Translations under genes and position numbers: made by a program
Notes under the pieces: model-generated
What the model saw: only the letters and a program-made list of their open reading frames with translations
Told to the model about the DNA's origin: nothing
The model's database searches: none
Origin: Deltaproteobacteria bacterium
GTDB taxonomy: Bacteria; Bdellovibrionota; JACOXK01; 2-02-FULL-40-11
NCBI GenBank assembly: GCA_023248265.1
Contig: JAHFEZ010000005.1
Span: 1-38,920, forward strand
Length of the DNA: 38,920 bases
Direction of reading: 5' to 3'
Shown: positions 38,564-38,920 of the stretch, piece by piece
Numbering within the stretch: the first letter of the stretch is position 1
How the letters are laid out: each line of letters starts with the position of its first letter

Positions 38564-38920
38564 ATGGCTAAAGTTATCACGGTAACGAATCAAAAAGGTG
38601 GCGTTGGAAAGACAACGACGGTTATTAATTTAGGCGCTTCACTTGTTGCCGCTGAAAAAAAGACTCTTTTAATTGATCTTGATCCCCAGGGGAATGCTGG
38701 AAGTGGGCTGGGCATTGATAAGTCCGCTCTTCAAGATAAAACCATTTATAATGTTTTGGTTCAGGAGAAAAAACTATCCGAAGTTATTCTTCATACAGAA
38801 CTAGAAGGCTTAGACATTGTTCCTTCTAATCAAGATCTTATTGGTGCCGAGGTAGAGCTTGTAACAGAAATCTCTCGAGAGACAAAATTAAAGGTTGCCC
38901 TAGAAGAAATTCAGTCAGCG
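38564..38920 (+). CDS. parA: Chromosome partitioning ATPase ParA/Soj (runs off the right edge; not in the ORF track)
   Basis: MAKVITVTNQKGGVGKTTTVINLGASL...LIDLDPQGNA...DLIGAEVEL. Confidence 0.96.
   Translation, partial: MAKVITVTNQKGGVGKTTTVINLGASLVAAEKKTLLIDLDPQGNAGSGLGIDKSALQDKTIYNVLVQEKKLSEVILHTELEGLDIVPSNQDLIGAEVELVTEISRETKLKVALEEIQSA

Overview
Chromosomal replication-origin region of an AT-rich Gram-negative bacterium. Gene content and order (hemL-atpZ-atpI-atpB-atpE, TPR-tamB-omp85, oriC between dnaA and dnaN) point to a deltaproteobacterial or Bdellovibrionota-like lineage; this is inference. Right half: gyrA-fabH-gyrB(intein)-recF-dnaN-oriC-dnaA on the minus strand, and rpmH-rnpA-yidD-yidC-mnmE-mnmG-parS-parA on the plus strand. 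Left half: a plus-strand block (ssb, TPR, aroQ, Xaa-Pro peptidase, TPR, tamB, 7-POTRA Omp85, surA, pdxA, PMM/PGM, uvrA) converging on the split F0 ATP synthase cluster, plus three accessory genes at the left edge. Most of the window is housekeeping. The best candidate for something new is a secreted PASTA + 5x FN3 protein with a near-consensus sigma28 promoter and an almost lysine-free 494-aa passenger region, lying upstream of a TPR-TamB-Omp85 operon that resembles the Bdellovibrio/Myxococcus polar hub. Other notable items: an HNH-type intein in the GyrB TOPRIM motif, GyrA with S83A/D87G/A119H-equivalent residues, fabH inserted between gyrB and gyrA, a UvrA lacking its insertion domain, a sigma54-type promoter before ssb, and a clear DnaA-box/DnaA-trio origin. 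No rRNA, tRNA, CRISPR array or transposase was seen. All calls come from reading the sequence by eye; no searches were run.
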